A DNA stretch of 47,870 nucleotides from Candidatus Kaiserbacteria bacterium (GTDB taxonomy: Bacteria > Patescibacteriota > Minisyncoccia > Phycocordibacterales > JABMNX01). The notes beneath the pieces are model-generated. The model was not told the origin of the DNA. It was given only the letters and a program-made list of their open reading frames with translations, and made no database searches. Below, piece after piece: positions 29,120 through 37,606 of this stretch. Made by a program: the position numbers and the translations under genes. The DNA is taken from the NCBI GenBank assembly GCA_013204405.1, contig JABMNX010000035.1, forward strand, positions 1 to 47,870. The letters are read 5' to 3'. The first letter of the stretch is position 1. Each line of letters opens with the position of its first letter.

Positions 29120-30015
29120 TGTTTCACGTGAAACACTATATTAAGGTGTTTTGAGGTATATTTTATGTTTCATGTGTAACAAAATGTGCCTTTTGGCATT
29201 ATATGAAGTATAATTACTTTTAATGAATATCAACTCAATTCTTGATTTTATAACCCTGACAAACAAGTTTAGAGCCGTAAAACGGGTTGTTTTTATAAAA
29301 GATGAAGGAAGATTAGAAAATGATTCAGAACATAGTTATCAACTTGCCATGCTTTCTTGGTATCTACTTTCAGAAAAGAAAACTGGTATAGATAAAGACT
29401 TAGTCATTAAATACGCACTTATCCATGATTTTGTAGAAGTGTATGCTGGAGATACGTGGTTTTATCGCTCTAAGGCTGAAGATGAGAGTAAAAAGAAGCT
29501 TGAGGCAGAATCAGCAATACAACTAAAAAGTGATCTTCCTGAATTTATAGATTTTCACCAGTTAATTGAAGACTATGAAAATCAAATCAATCCAGAGAGT
29601 AGATTTGTCTATGCGCTTGATAAAATTATACCAATTATGAACATATACTTAGACGGTGGTGATAATTGGAAAGAACACAAAGTAACTCTTGATAATCTTA
29701 TAAAGAACAAAACGCCCAAAATTGCTGTATCTCCTGAAATAGAGCCATATTACAATGAACTTGTTGCTATTTTAAAGGATAATAAGGATATGTTTCACGT
29801 GGAACATGAGCAAGATATCTCATAATGAAGTTGGAAAGCTAGGGGAGAAAACCGCATCTATGTTTCTCATGAAACGTGGTTTTAATATTTTAGAGCAGAA
29901 CTATTGGAAAAAGTGGGGTGAAATCGATATTATTGCTAAAAACAAAGGTAAATTACACTTTATAGAGGTTAAAACTGTTTCACGTGAAAACATTAGAGAT
30001 GTTTCCCGTGAAACT
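29120..30015. repeat. parS centromere cluster (6 sites)
   Basis: TGTTTCACGTGAAACA at 29120 (perfect); variants at 29166, 29791, 29861, 29976, 30000. Confidence 0.85.
29223..29825 (+). CDS. HD domain hydrolase (YfbR/HD_3-like)
   Basis: ENDSEHSYQLA, ALIHDFVEVYAGD, FVYALDK. Confidence 0.9.
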   Translation: MNINSILDFITLTNKFRAVKRVVFIKDEGRLENDSEHSYQLAMLSWYLLSEKKTGIDKDLVIKYALIHDFVEVYAGDTWFYRSKAEDESKKKLEAESAIQLKSDLPEFIDFHQLIEDYENQINPESRFVYALDKIIPIMNIYLDGGDNWKEHKVTLDNLIKNKTPKIAVSPEIEPYYNELVAILKDNKDMFHVEHEQDIS

Positions 30016-30201
30016 ATTGATGAATACAGACCTGAAGATAATCTTCATGAGAAGAAGCTTAAACGACTTTCAAGAACTATTCAGACGTATTTACTCGAAA
30101 AAGATTATGAAGGCGAGTGGCAGTTTGATGTGGTTGCAGTATTCCTTGATATTGAAAATAGGGAAGCGAAGTGCAGGTATATTGAGGATGTAATTATATA
30201 G
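29806..30201 (+). CDS. yraN: YraN family (UPF0102) putative nuclease
   Basis: GKLGE..A, NYWKKWGEIDIIA, HFIEVKT, QFDVVAV. Confidence 0.92.
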   Translation: MSKISHNEVGKLGEKTASMFLMKRGFNILEQNYWKKWGEIDIIAKNKGKLHFIEVKTVSRENIRDVSRETIDEYRPEDNLHEKKLKRLSRTIQTYLLEKDYEGEWQFDVVAVFLDIENREAKCRYIEDVII

Positions 30202-30406
30202 GGTTTTATAAAGGACATTTTTTGCAACAGAATGTCCTTTAAGGGCACTTTTAATGCTTAGAAGGGTAATCAAACAATATACGAAAATGGAGTGGGTATA
30301 GAGGTACTAGTTTTTCGTTTCTTATGTAAATAAGTAGAAGTATTCAGGTTTTATGGTATGATTTTGCAATCGTAGTTATATTTATTACGTAAACAGAGTC
30401 GTATAT

Positions 30407-30479
30407 CGGGATGTAGTGTAACGGCTAACATTCCCGCTTTGGGAGCGGGCGACTCCGGGTTCGAATCCCGGCATCCCGA
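30407..30479 (+). tRNA. tRNA-Pro(TGG), no encoded CCA
   Basis: CGGGATG/CATCCCG; CCCGC-TTTGGGA-GCGGG; GGTTCGAATCC. Confidence 0.95.
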
Positions 30480-30486
30480 CATGTAT

Positions 30487-30521
30487 TTAAAAAGACGGTC
30501 AAAATATGACCGTCTTTTTAA
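30487..30521. terminator. Bidirectional terminator
   Basis: ttaaaaagacggtca...tgaccgtctttttaa. Confidence 0.8.
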
Positions 30522-30552
30522 TTGTATATGTAAGCACTCTTTCAGAAGTCAA

Positions 30553-31737
30553 TTATTGCGCCAGGTAGGGGAGGAATAGGTTGCTAAGAGCTGGTGCAGT
30601 ACTGAGGTTAAAGAGTTTTGCCTTGAGTGTTATATCTCCAAACAAGAGACCTTCCACTGTTGAGTTTGCATTTTGCATAAGTGCCCTATTGATATAACTA
30701 AGAGTAATAGCGCGAAGGTCACGTTCTGCGGTCGTGTCGGCATTGGTACTAGTAACAATAATTCCAATCAATTTGTTTTCTCCCGAAACTACTGCGCCAC
30801 CGGAAGAGCCACCTTGAGAAACCACAGTACCTCCAATGGAAAACAAATCGATTGTATTTTCTAAGAACGTGAATCGCTCTCCTACGTTTGCAATACTTGA
30901 GACAGAATATAAATCTTTTTGAATTGAAACACCACCAAGAAATCCTGCGGGGTATGCGGCAGCGAGTACTTGGTTGCCTGTTTTTATATTAATGTCATTA
31001 GTGTCAAGTGGAATAAACGGGAACGTTGAAGGAAGGCTTGCATCGGGGTCAGTACGTCCTGTAATGCGTAAGAATGCGTAATCGTGTTCTCCAGTACCTT
31101 TTGGTTCAGAGTTCTTAATATCGTTAGCGTGAAGGTTAACCCATTCTGGTGAAATATAAAGGAGTTCTGCTGTGTACATATTACGTGCGGGGCTTCCTGT
31201 TCGTAAGATGCATTCCAGACTGTTTTCAATAGGGTAGTCTTCTAGTAAAAAAAATTGAGCAACGTGTGCGTTAGTGATAACAACTCCACGGGGGTCTACA
31301 ATGACTCCGCTCCCAGTGATTGGATTTACTGCACCGGCAATATTTTGCGAACACAATACATTAACTAATGCTGCAGCGGTTTCTGTATTAATTTGTGAGA
31401 AAGAAAGTGGAAGTGGGGCCTCAGGTTCAGGAAGATTTACCTCTGGAAGTATAACCTCCTCTGCTGCTGGAGTGTCTGGTACCACCTCCTCTGGATATTC
31501 TTCAGTATTAGGTGAAATGATTTCTTCTTTAGGTTTGGAAACAATTGTTTCTAGTGGAAGTACTTGAGTCTCTTCAGCTGGTATCATTATTTCCTCTACT
31601 TTTATGTCTGGCTCTTCATTCACAGAGAGATGAGACGGAGCATCAGATACAGAACCGATACCGAATGCCGTTAATAGTGCCACAATAGCGATAACAGCAC
31701 GTGCAGCAATAATTTGTATGAGTGCAAAAATAGGCAT
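30553..31737 (-). CDS. Membrane-anchored trypsin-like (S1) serine protease
   Basis: GSGVIVD..ITNAHV, HDYAFL, GGSSGGAV triad motifs; acidic Pro-rich linker. Confidence 0.88.
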   Translation of the reverse strand: MPIFALIQIIAARAVIAIVALLTAFGIGSVSDAPSHLSVNEEPDIKVEEIMIPAEETQVLPLETIVSKPKEEIISPNTEEYPEEVVPDTPAAEEVILPEVNLPEPEAPLPLSFSQINTETAAALVNVLCSQNIAGAVNPITGSGVIVDPRGVVITNAHVAQFFLLEDYPIENSLECILRTGSPARNMYTAELLYISPEWVNLHANDIKNSEPKGTGEHDYAFLRITGRTDPDASLPSTFPFIPLDTNDINIKTGNQVLAAAYPAGFLGGVSIQKDLYSVSSIANVGERFTFLENTIDLFSIGGTVVSQGGSSGGAVVSGENKLIGIIVTSTNADTTAERDLRAITLSYINRALMQNANSTVEGLLFGDITLKAKLFNLSTAPALSNLFLPYLAQ

Positions 31738-31937
31738 AGTTCATTCAGTATATCACTAAGATACCCCTTTGTTACAGGGTATTATCCATTTTGACACACG
31801 TTCTAAATTATTATGTAGTATTGACAAATTGGTGTCATCGTGTATACTTGTAATATAGCTTGGGTTATTGCCCAGCTTTTTGTTTATCAGCGCTTTAAGT
31901 ATCTTTTATGGGTATTTGAGGCTAAGACAAAAATATT

Positions 31938-32042
31938 ATGACATTCGTATTTGACGAAGAAGTAGTAGAAGGAGCAGAAGTAGCAGAAACTGAAGAGGCT
32001 ACTGAAGAGGCTACTGAAGAGGAAACTCCAGCAGCTGAGTAA
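31938..32042 (+). CDS. 34-aa highly acidic micropeptide
   Basis: MTFVFDEEVVEGAEVAETEEATEEATEEETPAAE; TTGACA-16-TATACT at 31821; terminator ~32059..32090. Confidence 0.6.
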   Translation: MTFVFDEEVVEGAEVAETEEATEEATEEETPAAE

Positions 32043-32205
32043 TTTTACTCAACTTCTAACAACAAACCCCGCAATTGCGGGGTTTGTTGTATTTTGGTAA
32101 GATTACTCTCGTTCATGTATGGACGTATCCAGGTATATGGAAATCATATATCCGCGGCATTCGGACAAAATGTGAAAGTATACTTTCACATCCAAGTCCT
32201 CATTT

Positions 32206-32403
32206 GCGGGTATAGTTTAGTGGTAGAATAATTAACTTTGTACATTGAGTCATAAGTGCGGGTATAGTTTAGTGGTAGAATGACTGCCTTCCAAGCAGTA
32301 GACGAGAGTTCGATTCCCTCTACCCGCACTTAGGACTCAACGGCAAGTAGTATAAAAGAAGTTTAGACTTCTTTTCTCAGAGTTCGATTCCCTCTACCCG
32401 CAC
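32206..32403 (+). repeat. Duplicated 5' end (32206..32229) and 3' end (32379..32403) of tRNA-Gly flanking the intact gene
   Basis: Exact 24-nt and 25-nt direct repeats of the tRNA termini. Confidence 0.9.
32258..32328 (+). tRNA. tRNA-Gly(TCC), no encoded CCA
   Basis: GCGGGTA/TACCCGC; ACTGC-CTTCCAA-GCAGT; GTTCGATTC. Confidence 0.93.
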
Positions 32404-32404
32404 A

Positions 32405-32447
32405 AAATACAAAAAGACCCCATGTTTTATGGGGTCTTTTTGTATTT
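32405..32447 (+). terminator. Terminator after tRNA-Gly locus
   Basis: aaatacaaaaagacccca...tggggtctttttgtattt. Confidence 0.8.
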
Positions 32448-32456
32448 ATTTGTGAG

Positions 32457-32650
32457 ACAGAAGAGGGAATCGAAGACCGGAAGCCCACGTGCCAAAGCAC
32501 GAGAGGGGGCTGAGGTGGGGTCGAGCGCACTTAGTAGATTTCGAGCGAAGCGCGACTTTGTTTACTTACGAACTTGTGAGTTAGTAAACAAGAAGTACTC
32601 TTGTGGTGAAGAAATATACTTAGTGACGGGTGACCGATTCCCTCTACTGT
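32457..32650. other. Structured non-coding element with 16-bp terminal inverted repeats
   Basis: acagaagagggaatcg / cgattccctctactgt (15/16 complementary) enclosing several hairpins. Confidence 0.6.
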
Positions 32651-32731
32651 TTAAAACAGAATCAAACCACCTACACTATAAAGGCCCCACAAGAGTGGGG
32701 CCTTTATAGATAGTGGTAAGTAAATATTTAC

Positions 32732-33010
32732 TTAACCTTGCTTAACTGCGTCCTTAAGAGCTTTAGCTGCGCGGAATTTTGGTACGCGCATTGCTGGAAT
32801 CTGGATAGATTCACCTGTGCGAGGGTTTCGCCCAGTTCGTGCACTTCGCATTTTAGCCTCGAAGATACCAAGACCTGCGATAGAAACTTCTTGACCTCCC
32901 TTAAGGCTGTCAATAATACTTCCTACCATAGTGTCTACTGCTCGTTCTGCATCAGCTTTAGTTCCACCAAGTGTTACGTGTACTTTTTCAACGATTGCTG
33001 CTTTATTCAT
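32732..33010 (-). CDS. hup: DNA-binding protein HU
   Basis: MNKAAIV, VSIAGLGIF, ARTGRNPRTGE, PKFRAAKALKDAV. Confidence 0.97.
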   Translation of the reverse strand: MNKAAIVEKVHVTLGGTKADAERAVDTMVGSIIDSLKGGQEVSIAGLGIFEAKMRSARTGRNPRTGESIQIPAMRVPKFRAAKALKDAVKQG

Positions 33011-33194
33011 ATATTTGATTTGCTAAAAACATGTAATGTCGACCTTGTACATTTATTACCAGTACAAATGTTTATATTTCTGTACTGTGAAATTACACAA
33101 TCATTATACAGAGCACCATTTTAAGCGCAATATCTGCATTTTGGATAAGTATTGCGCGATATTTTATGCTTTTGTGTCAAGAGCTTGTGTAATG

Positions 33195-34724
33195 CTACCG
33201 TGCAAACTCTACAGAACGAGATTCACGAATAACATTTACCTTAATTTCACCGGGATATTTGAGTTCGTTTTCTATTTGAAGTGCTATATCACGCGCCATT
33301 TTCTTTGCTTCTAAATCGGATACGTTTTCTGGTGTTACAAACACACGTATTTCACGTCCCGCTTGGATTGCATAGCTTTTTTCAACACCAGGGAAGTTCT
33401 TTGCGATAGCTTCAAGGTCTTCAAGTCGTTGAATGTAGTTCTCTAACGAGTCACGCCGTGCGCCAGGGCGTCCTCCTGAGATGGCGTCCGCAACCTGGAC
33501 AATAATAGACTCAGGAGTTTCGTATGGGTACTCTTCATGATGAGCGATAACCGCTTTTATAATTGCTTCATCTACTCCAAATTTTTGCAATATACGTTTT
33601 CCGATTTCGACGTGGGTCCCTTGTACTTCATGGTCAACAGCTTTTCCAATGTCGTGAAGCAGTGCTCCTGCTCGCGCAACGTATGGGTCAGCTCCGAGTT
33701 CTTCAGCAAGCATCCCAGCAATATGAGCCATCTCTATTGAGTGATACAGCACGTTTTGTCCGTAACTAGTACGGAAATGGAGTCGTCCGAGTATTGCAAT
33801 AACACGCGGGTCAAGATTATGCACACCTGATTCATATGCTGCCTGCTCACCTTTTTCTTTAATAGTTTTATTTATTTCATCTTTTGCTTTTTGTACGACC
33901 TCTTCAATTTTTGCTGGTTGGATTCGTCCGTCAATAATAAGGTTTTCAAGTGCGATACGTGCGACATGACGACGGATTGGGTCAAAAGAAGAGATTGTGA
34001 TGGTGTTTGGAGTGTCATCAATAATTACATCGACACCGGTTGCCCGTTCGAATGCTTTAATGTTACGTCCCTCTTTCCCAATGATTTTTCCTTTGACTTC
34101 GTCAGATGGAATCTTCACGGAAGTAGACATAATGTCATCAATGACTGAGTTTCCGAGTCGGTGAATTGACGAGGTAAGAATATCTTGTGCTTTTCGTTCA
34201 AACCGTTCTTTACCGTCAATCTCGAGTTTTTGAAGACGAATAAGTATATCTTCTTCAGATTGTTTTTCTACAAGGCCGAGGAGTTCCTTTTTTGCCTCAG
34301 CTTCACTAAGTCCAGCAATTTTACTTAGTTCAGCCTGGCGCTCTACAGTGAGCGCTTCCGCTTTTTCTTTAAACGCGCGGACTTCTTCAATCTTATTTTT
34401 AATATTCTCGACATCAGCATCTATATCCGTTTGTCGTTTATCAAGAAGATCCTCTTTTTTTATGAGACGATCTTCAGTTTTATTCAGCTGTGTGGTTTTT
34501 TCTTTTAACTCTGCTTTAAGAGCGTTAAGTGTCTCTTCGGCTTTTGCGTCAGCTTCCTGGGTGATGCGTTTTGCATCTTCTCGTGCTTCAAGCATCATTT
34601 GCTTGATTTCAAGTTCCATTGACCCTCGTCTTCCTAAGGAGTGGATCCAACGGAGGAAGTATCCAACTGCAATACCGATAAGTCCCGCGACTATGAGCAG
34701 AACTAGTATTACTTTTAATGACAT
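33195..34724 (-). CDS. rny: Ribonuclease Y
   Basis: N-terminal TM, coiled coil, KH (KGKIIGKEGRNI), HD (LLHDIGKA), RTSYGQN. Confidence 0.97.
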   Translation of the reverse strand: MSLKVILVLLIVAGLIGIAVGYFLRWIHSLGRRGSMELEIKQMMLEAREDAKRITQEADAKAEETLNALKAELKEKTTQLNKTEDRLIKKEDLLDKRQTDIDADVENIKNKIEEVRAFKEKAEALTVERQAELSKIAGLSEAEAKKELLGLVEKQSEEDILIRLQKLEIDGKERFERKAQDILTSSIHRLGNSVIDDIMSTSVKIPSDEVKGKIIGKEGRNIKAFERATGVDVIIDDTPNTITISSFDPIRRHVARIALENLIIDGRIQPAKIEEVVQKAKDEINKTIKEKGEQAAYESGVHNLDPRVIAILGRLHFRTSYGQNVLYHSIEMAHIAGMLAEELGADPYVARAGALLHDIGKAVDHEVQGTHVEIGKRILQKFGVDEAIIKAVIAHHEEYPYETPESIIVQVADAISGGRPGARRDSLENYIQRLEDLEAIAKNFPGVEKSYAIQAGREIRVFVTPENVSDLEAKKMARDIALQIENELKYPGEIKVNVIRESRSVEFAR

Positions 34725-35013
34725 ATGCAAGTAGAAACCTTGCTTTCTAGCTGTTTACGGATAGTTATGTAGTGTGTTCGATGTTGAAAAACATTGTTTA
34801 TGTAAGCCAATTTCAGCAGTTTTTTCGTCCAGAAACATCAGTAAATTAAGGTAAAAAGCTCAATTTCAGAATTAAATAACAAATAAAATACATTCTCAAT
34901 ATATCATGAGTTTTTACCGTTGTCTAATGAGCTAGGTTTTATGATAAAAAGTAAAAATCCAAGTTTTTATCTTGGATTTTTTCCGTACATTTATTAGATT
35001 TAAGATTTTTAAC

Positions 35014-35610
35014 TTATTTCAATACTTCGTCGATGATGCCGTATTTTTTAGCTTCATCTGAACTCATAAAGTAGTCTCGGTCAGCGTCTTTTTCTATTTG
35101 GGAGACATTTTTCCCTGTATTTTTTGCTAAGATTTTATTGAGTCTCTCTCGTGTACCAAGGATATGTTTTGCAGTGATTTCAATGTCTGATGCCTGTCCC
35201 TGTGTTCCTCCCCATGGTTGGTGAATCATTACTTCTGCATTTGGGAGTGCAAATCGTTTCCCTTTTTTGCCTGCTGAGAGAAGTACTGCTCCCATTGATG
35301 CTGCCATTCCTACACATACAGTAGAAACATCCGGCTTTATATGATTCATAGTGTCGAGTATTGCGAGTCCATCTGAAACGCTTCCGCCTGGTGAGTTAAT
35401 ATAAAAAGAAATATCTTTCTTGGGGTCTTCTGAGTCGAGAAATAGAAGTTGAGCGATTACAAGATTTGCAGCATGGTCATCAATAGGACCAGCAAGGAAG
35501 ATAATACGTTCCTTTAATAGGCGTGAGTAAATATCATATGCACGTTCTCCTCCCTGTGATTTTTCAACCACCATCGGTACGAGCTGGTTTGTTATTTTAG
35601 AGTCTTTCAT
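35014..35610 (-). CDS. clpP: ATP-dependent Clp protease proteolytic subunit
   Basis: [32 protein letters not shown]. Confidence 0.98.
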   Translation of the reverse strand: MKDSKITNQLVPMVVEKSQGGERAYDIYSRLLKERIIFLAGPIDDHAANLVIAQLLFLDSEDPKKDISFYINSPGGSVSDGLAILDTMNHIKPDVSTVCVGMAASMGAVLLSAGKKGKRFALPNAEVMIHQPWGGTQGQASDIEITAKHILGTRERLNKILAKNTGKNVSQIEKDADRDYFMSSDEAKKYGIIDEVLK

Positions 35611-35722
35611 AGCCGATATAGTAACAGATTTTGATAAAGAGGCAATATTTTGATTTTAAGGATACTTTATGTATGATACATATAGTAGTAAGGAAGTTTC
35701 AAACAATTTTAGGAGACATGCC

Positions 35723-35917
35723 ATGTCTGAATTTTCAGGATATGAATTACCTCCACATCGGAAGAAAGTCTGGGTCGAACCATTTTTATGGAATCCTTTT
35801 TTAGTGAGGTGTGAAAAGGGTTTTGTGAAGAAGGGTGATAAAAAGATTGACGCACATTTCAGACTCACGGGTCTTTTTTTCTGGCGTCAGTGGAAACTTG
35901 TAAAGGTCGACGAATGA
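35723..35917 (+). CDS. 64-aa aromatic/basic small hypothetical protein
   Basis: AGGAGA SD before ATG 35723; TTGATT-16-TATGAT upstream; lies antiparallel between tig and clpP. Confidence 0.55.
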   Translation: MSEFSGYELPPHRKKVWVEPFLWNPFLVRCEKGFVKKGDKKIDAHFRLTGLFFWRQWKLVKVDE

Positions 35918-35974
35918 CCAAAAAAACCTGTACAGACAACTCTAGTGGGCGGTGCCGCAAAGCATCGCCTCCTA

Positions 35975-37108
35975 TTATTTTTTCTCCTCTGTCTTTTCTT
36001 CCTCTAAGAACCTGAACACTGCCTCGTTAGTGAGTTGTGTTTCTACATACGTGTGTACATTTGAAGGATTAGCCTCCTTAAATTTTTCTAAAATAACATC
36101 CATTTGTCGGTGCACCTCGTCGTGGTCTGCTGTGATGTGTTCTTGTTTTGCAATTTTATTGAGAATAAGTTGGAGTTGTGCGCGTTTTTCAGCTTGCTCC
36201 TTCCACTCACTACGTAAGTCGTCCTCAGTCTTCTTAACATGAGTAAGATAATCTTCAAACTTCATATTCATACGAGCAACGTCGTCCTTCATCTGAGCAA
36301 CCATTTTATCAGTTTCACTTTCGGTAAGGATCTTAGGAAGAGTTATATCAGTTTTTTCAATTAATTCTTCTGAGAGGGTAATCCGTTTCTTTTCACGAGC
36401 CTTCTGTATCTTTTCCTGTGTTAAGTCTTCTCGAACACGAGCTTCAAAGTCCGCAACTGTTTTAAAGTCGCCGAGAGATGCTATAAAATCATCATCAAGT
36501 TCAGGTAGGTTTTCTTCCTCTCCTTCACTCACCTTTGTTTCCTCTGCTAGGTCAACGTCAGGATTTTCTGATTGATTCAATGCTTGTTTCTGTGCTTTTT
36601 CAAAGCGAGCTTTTCCACGACGGACTTCAGTAAGAACTCTTTCGACATCCGCATCAGTAACCTCAAGGTCATCTTTTGAGCCGTTATCTTTTTGTAGTAA
36701 ATCTTTCGCGACTTTTAGATAGTTAGGAAGGGTAAATTCTGGAAGTACCGCACTTTTAATTTTAAATCCAATAGGGTTACCAGCAGCAAGTTTGGTAATA
36801 GTAACTTGTGGAGCACCAATGACATCAAGATTCTTATCTTGCACGAGAGTAGGGTATATGTCTGCGAGAGCCATTTCGGCAACCTCCCCCATAATGTTTT
36901 GTTCTCCAATTTTTTCAACAAGTACTTTCTCAGGAACGTGACCTTTTCTAAAACCATCCATATGAGCATTTTCTCCGAGTTTTTTAAGAGCCTTTGCTCT
37001 ATATTGAGGAATAACTGAAGCAGGAACTTCACCCTCGATTTCGATTTCTGAGTTCTCTAAGTTGGTTACTGTTACGTTTTCGTATAGTTTTACTGTTTCT
37101 GTTGCCAT
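35975..37108 (-). CDS. tig: Trigger factor (PPIase domain missing)
   Basis: GFRKGHVP ribosome-binding motif, LPELDDDF, C-terminal domain; upstream of clpP. Confidence 0.93.
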   Translation of the reverse strand: MATETVKLYENVTVTNLENSEIEIEGEVPASVIPQYRAKALKKLGENAHMDGFRKGHVPEKVLVEKIGEQNIMGEVAEMALADIYPTLVQDKNLDVIGAPQVTITKLAAGNPIGFKIKSAVLPEFTLPNYLKVAKDLLQKDNGSKDDLEVTDADVERVLTEVRRGKARFEKAQKQALNQSENPDVDLAEETKVSEGEEENLPELDDDFIASLGDFKTVADFEARVREDLTQEKIQKAREKKRITLSEELIEKTDITLPKILTESETDKMVAQMKDDVARMNMKFEDYLTHVKKTEDDLRSEWKEQAEKRAQLQLILNKIAKQEHITADHDEVHRQMDVILEKFKEANPSNVHTYVETQLTNEAVFRFLEEEKTEEKK

Positions 37109-37171
37109 GTTTAGTATGTGTTTACAAGATATTAAGTGTGCCCAGTCTACCCTGTGACTATTGTCTTGTCA

Positions 37172-37204
37172 AAACAAATGCCACGCAGTGCGTGGCATTT
37201 GTTT
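37172..37204 (-). terminator. Intrinsic terminator
   Basis: aaacaaatgccacgca-g-tgcgtggcatttgttt. Confidence 0.8.
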
Positions 37205-37226
37205 GCATTTATGAGCCTTGTGTTAT

Positions 37227-37583
37227 TTAGAGTTCGTTCAAAAGGTCGCTAAGTTCTGAGTCGAGGTTATCTAACCCAGTAGTGTTGAGGTCTGCTTCAA
37301 TGTCAGCTACTTCGTCTGAAGTTCCCTGTGAGTTTAGCTGGTTTACAATAGCGTCAACTTCTCCACCTGATTGGATAGTGGGGAGTTGGTCGCTTCCACG
37401 GTCTCGCCCAACTGCAGTACTCCAAAAGTAAATCCCTCCAGCAACAAGCACAATAATAATTATTGCGACTCCAATAAGAGAACCTGAAGAACTTCGTTCT
37501 TGTATTTCCTCTTGTGGAACTTGCGGAGCCTCTTCTTGAGGCGTCACTTCTTCCATAATTTCACTTTTGTTTTCTTCGTTCAT
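37227..37583 (-). CDS. Acidic single-pass membrane hypothetical protein
   Basis: TM IIIIVLVAGGIYFW; C-terminal SDEVADIEADL..LD.EL. Confidence 0.75.
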   Translation of the reverse strand: MNEENKSEIMEEVTPQEEAPQVPQEEIQERSSSGSLIGVAIIIIVLVAGGIYFWSTAVGRDRGSDQLPTIQSGGEVDAIVNQLNSQGTSDEVADIEADLNTTGLDNLDSELSDLLNEL

Positions 37584-37606
37584 AGATTTGTTACTTAAAG
37601 GTGTTA

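Noticed and set aside
29120..30015. CRISPR array
   Set aside because: Repeats are 16-bp parS palindromes with irregular spacing; no cas genes or regular arrays seen in the window
32422..32709. 95-aa ORF
   Set aside because: Starts inside a terminator and crosses the structured element; no protein motifs
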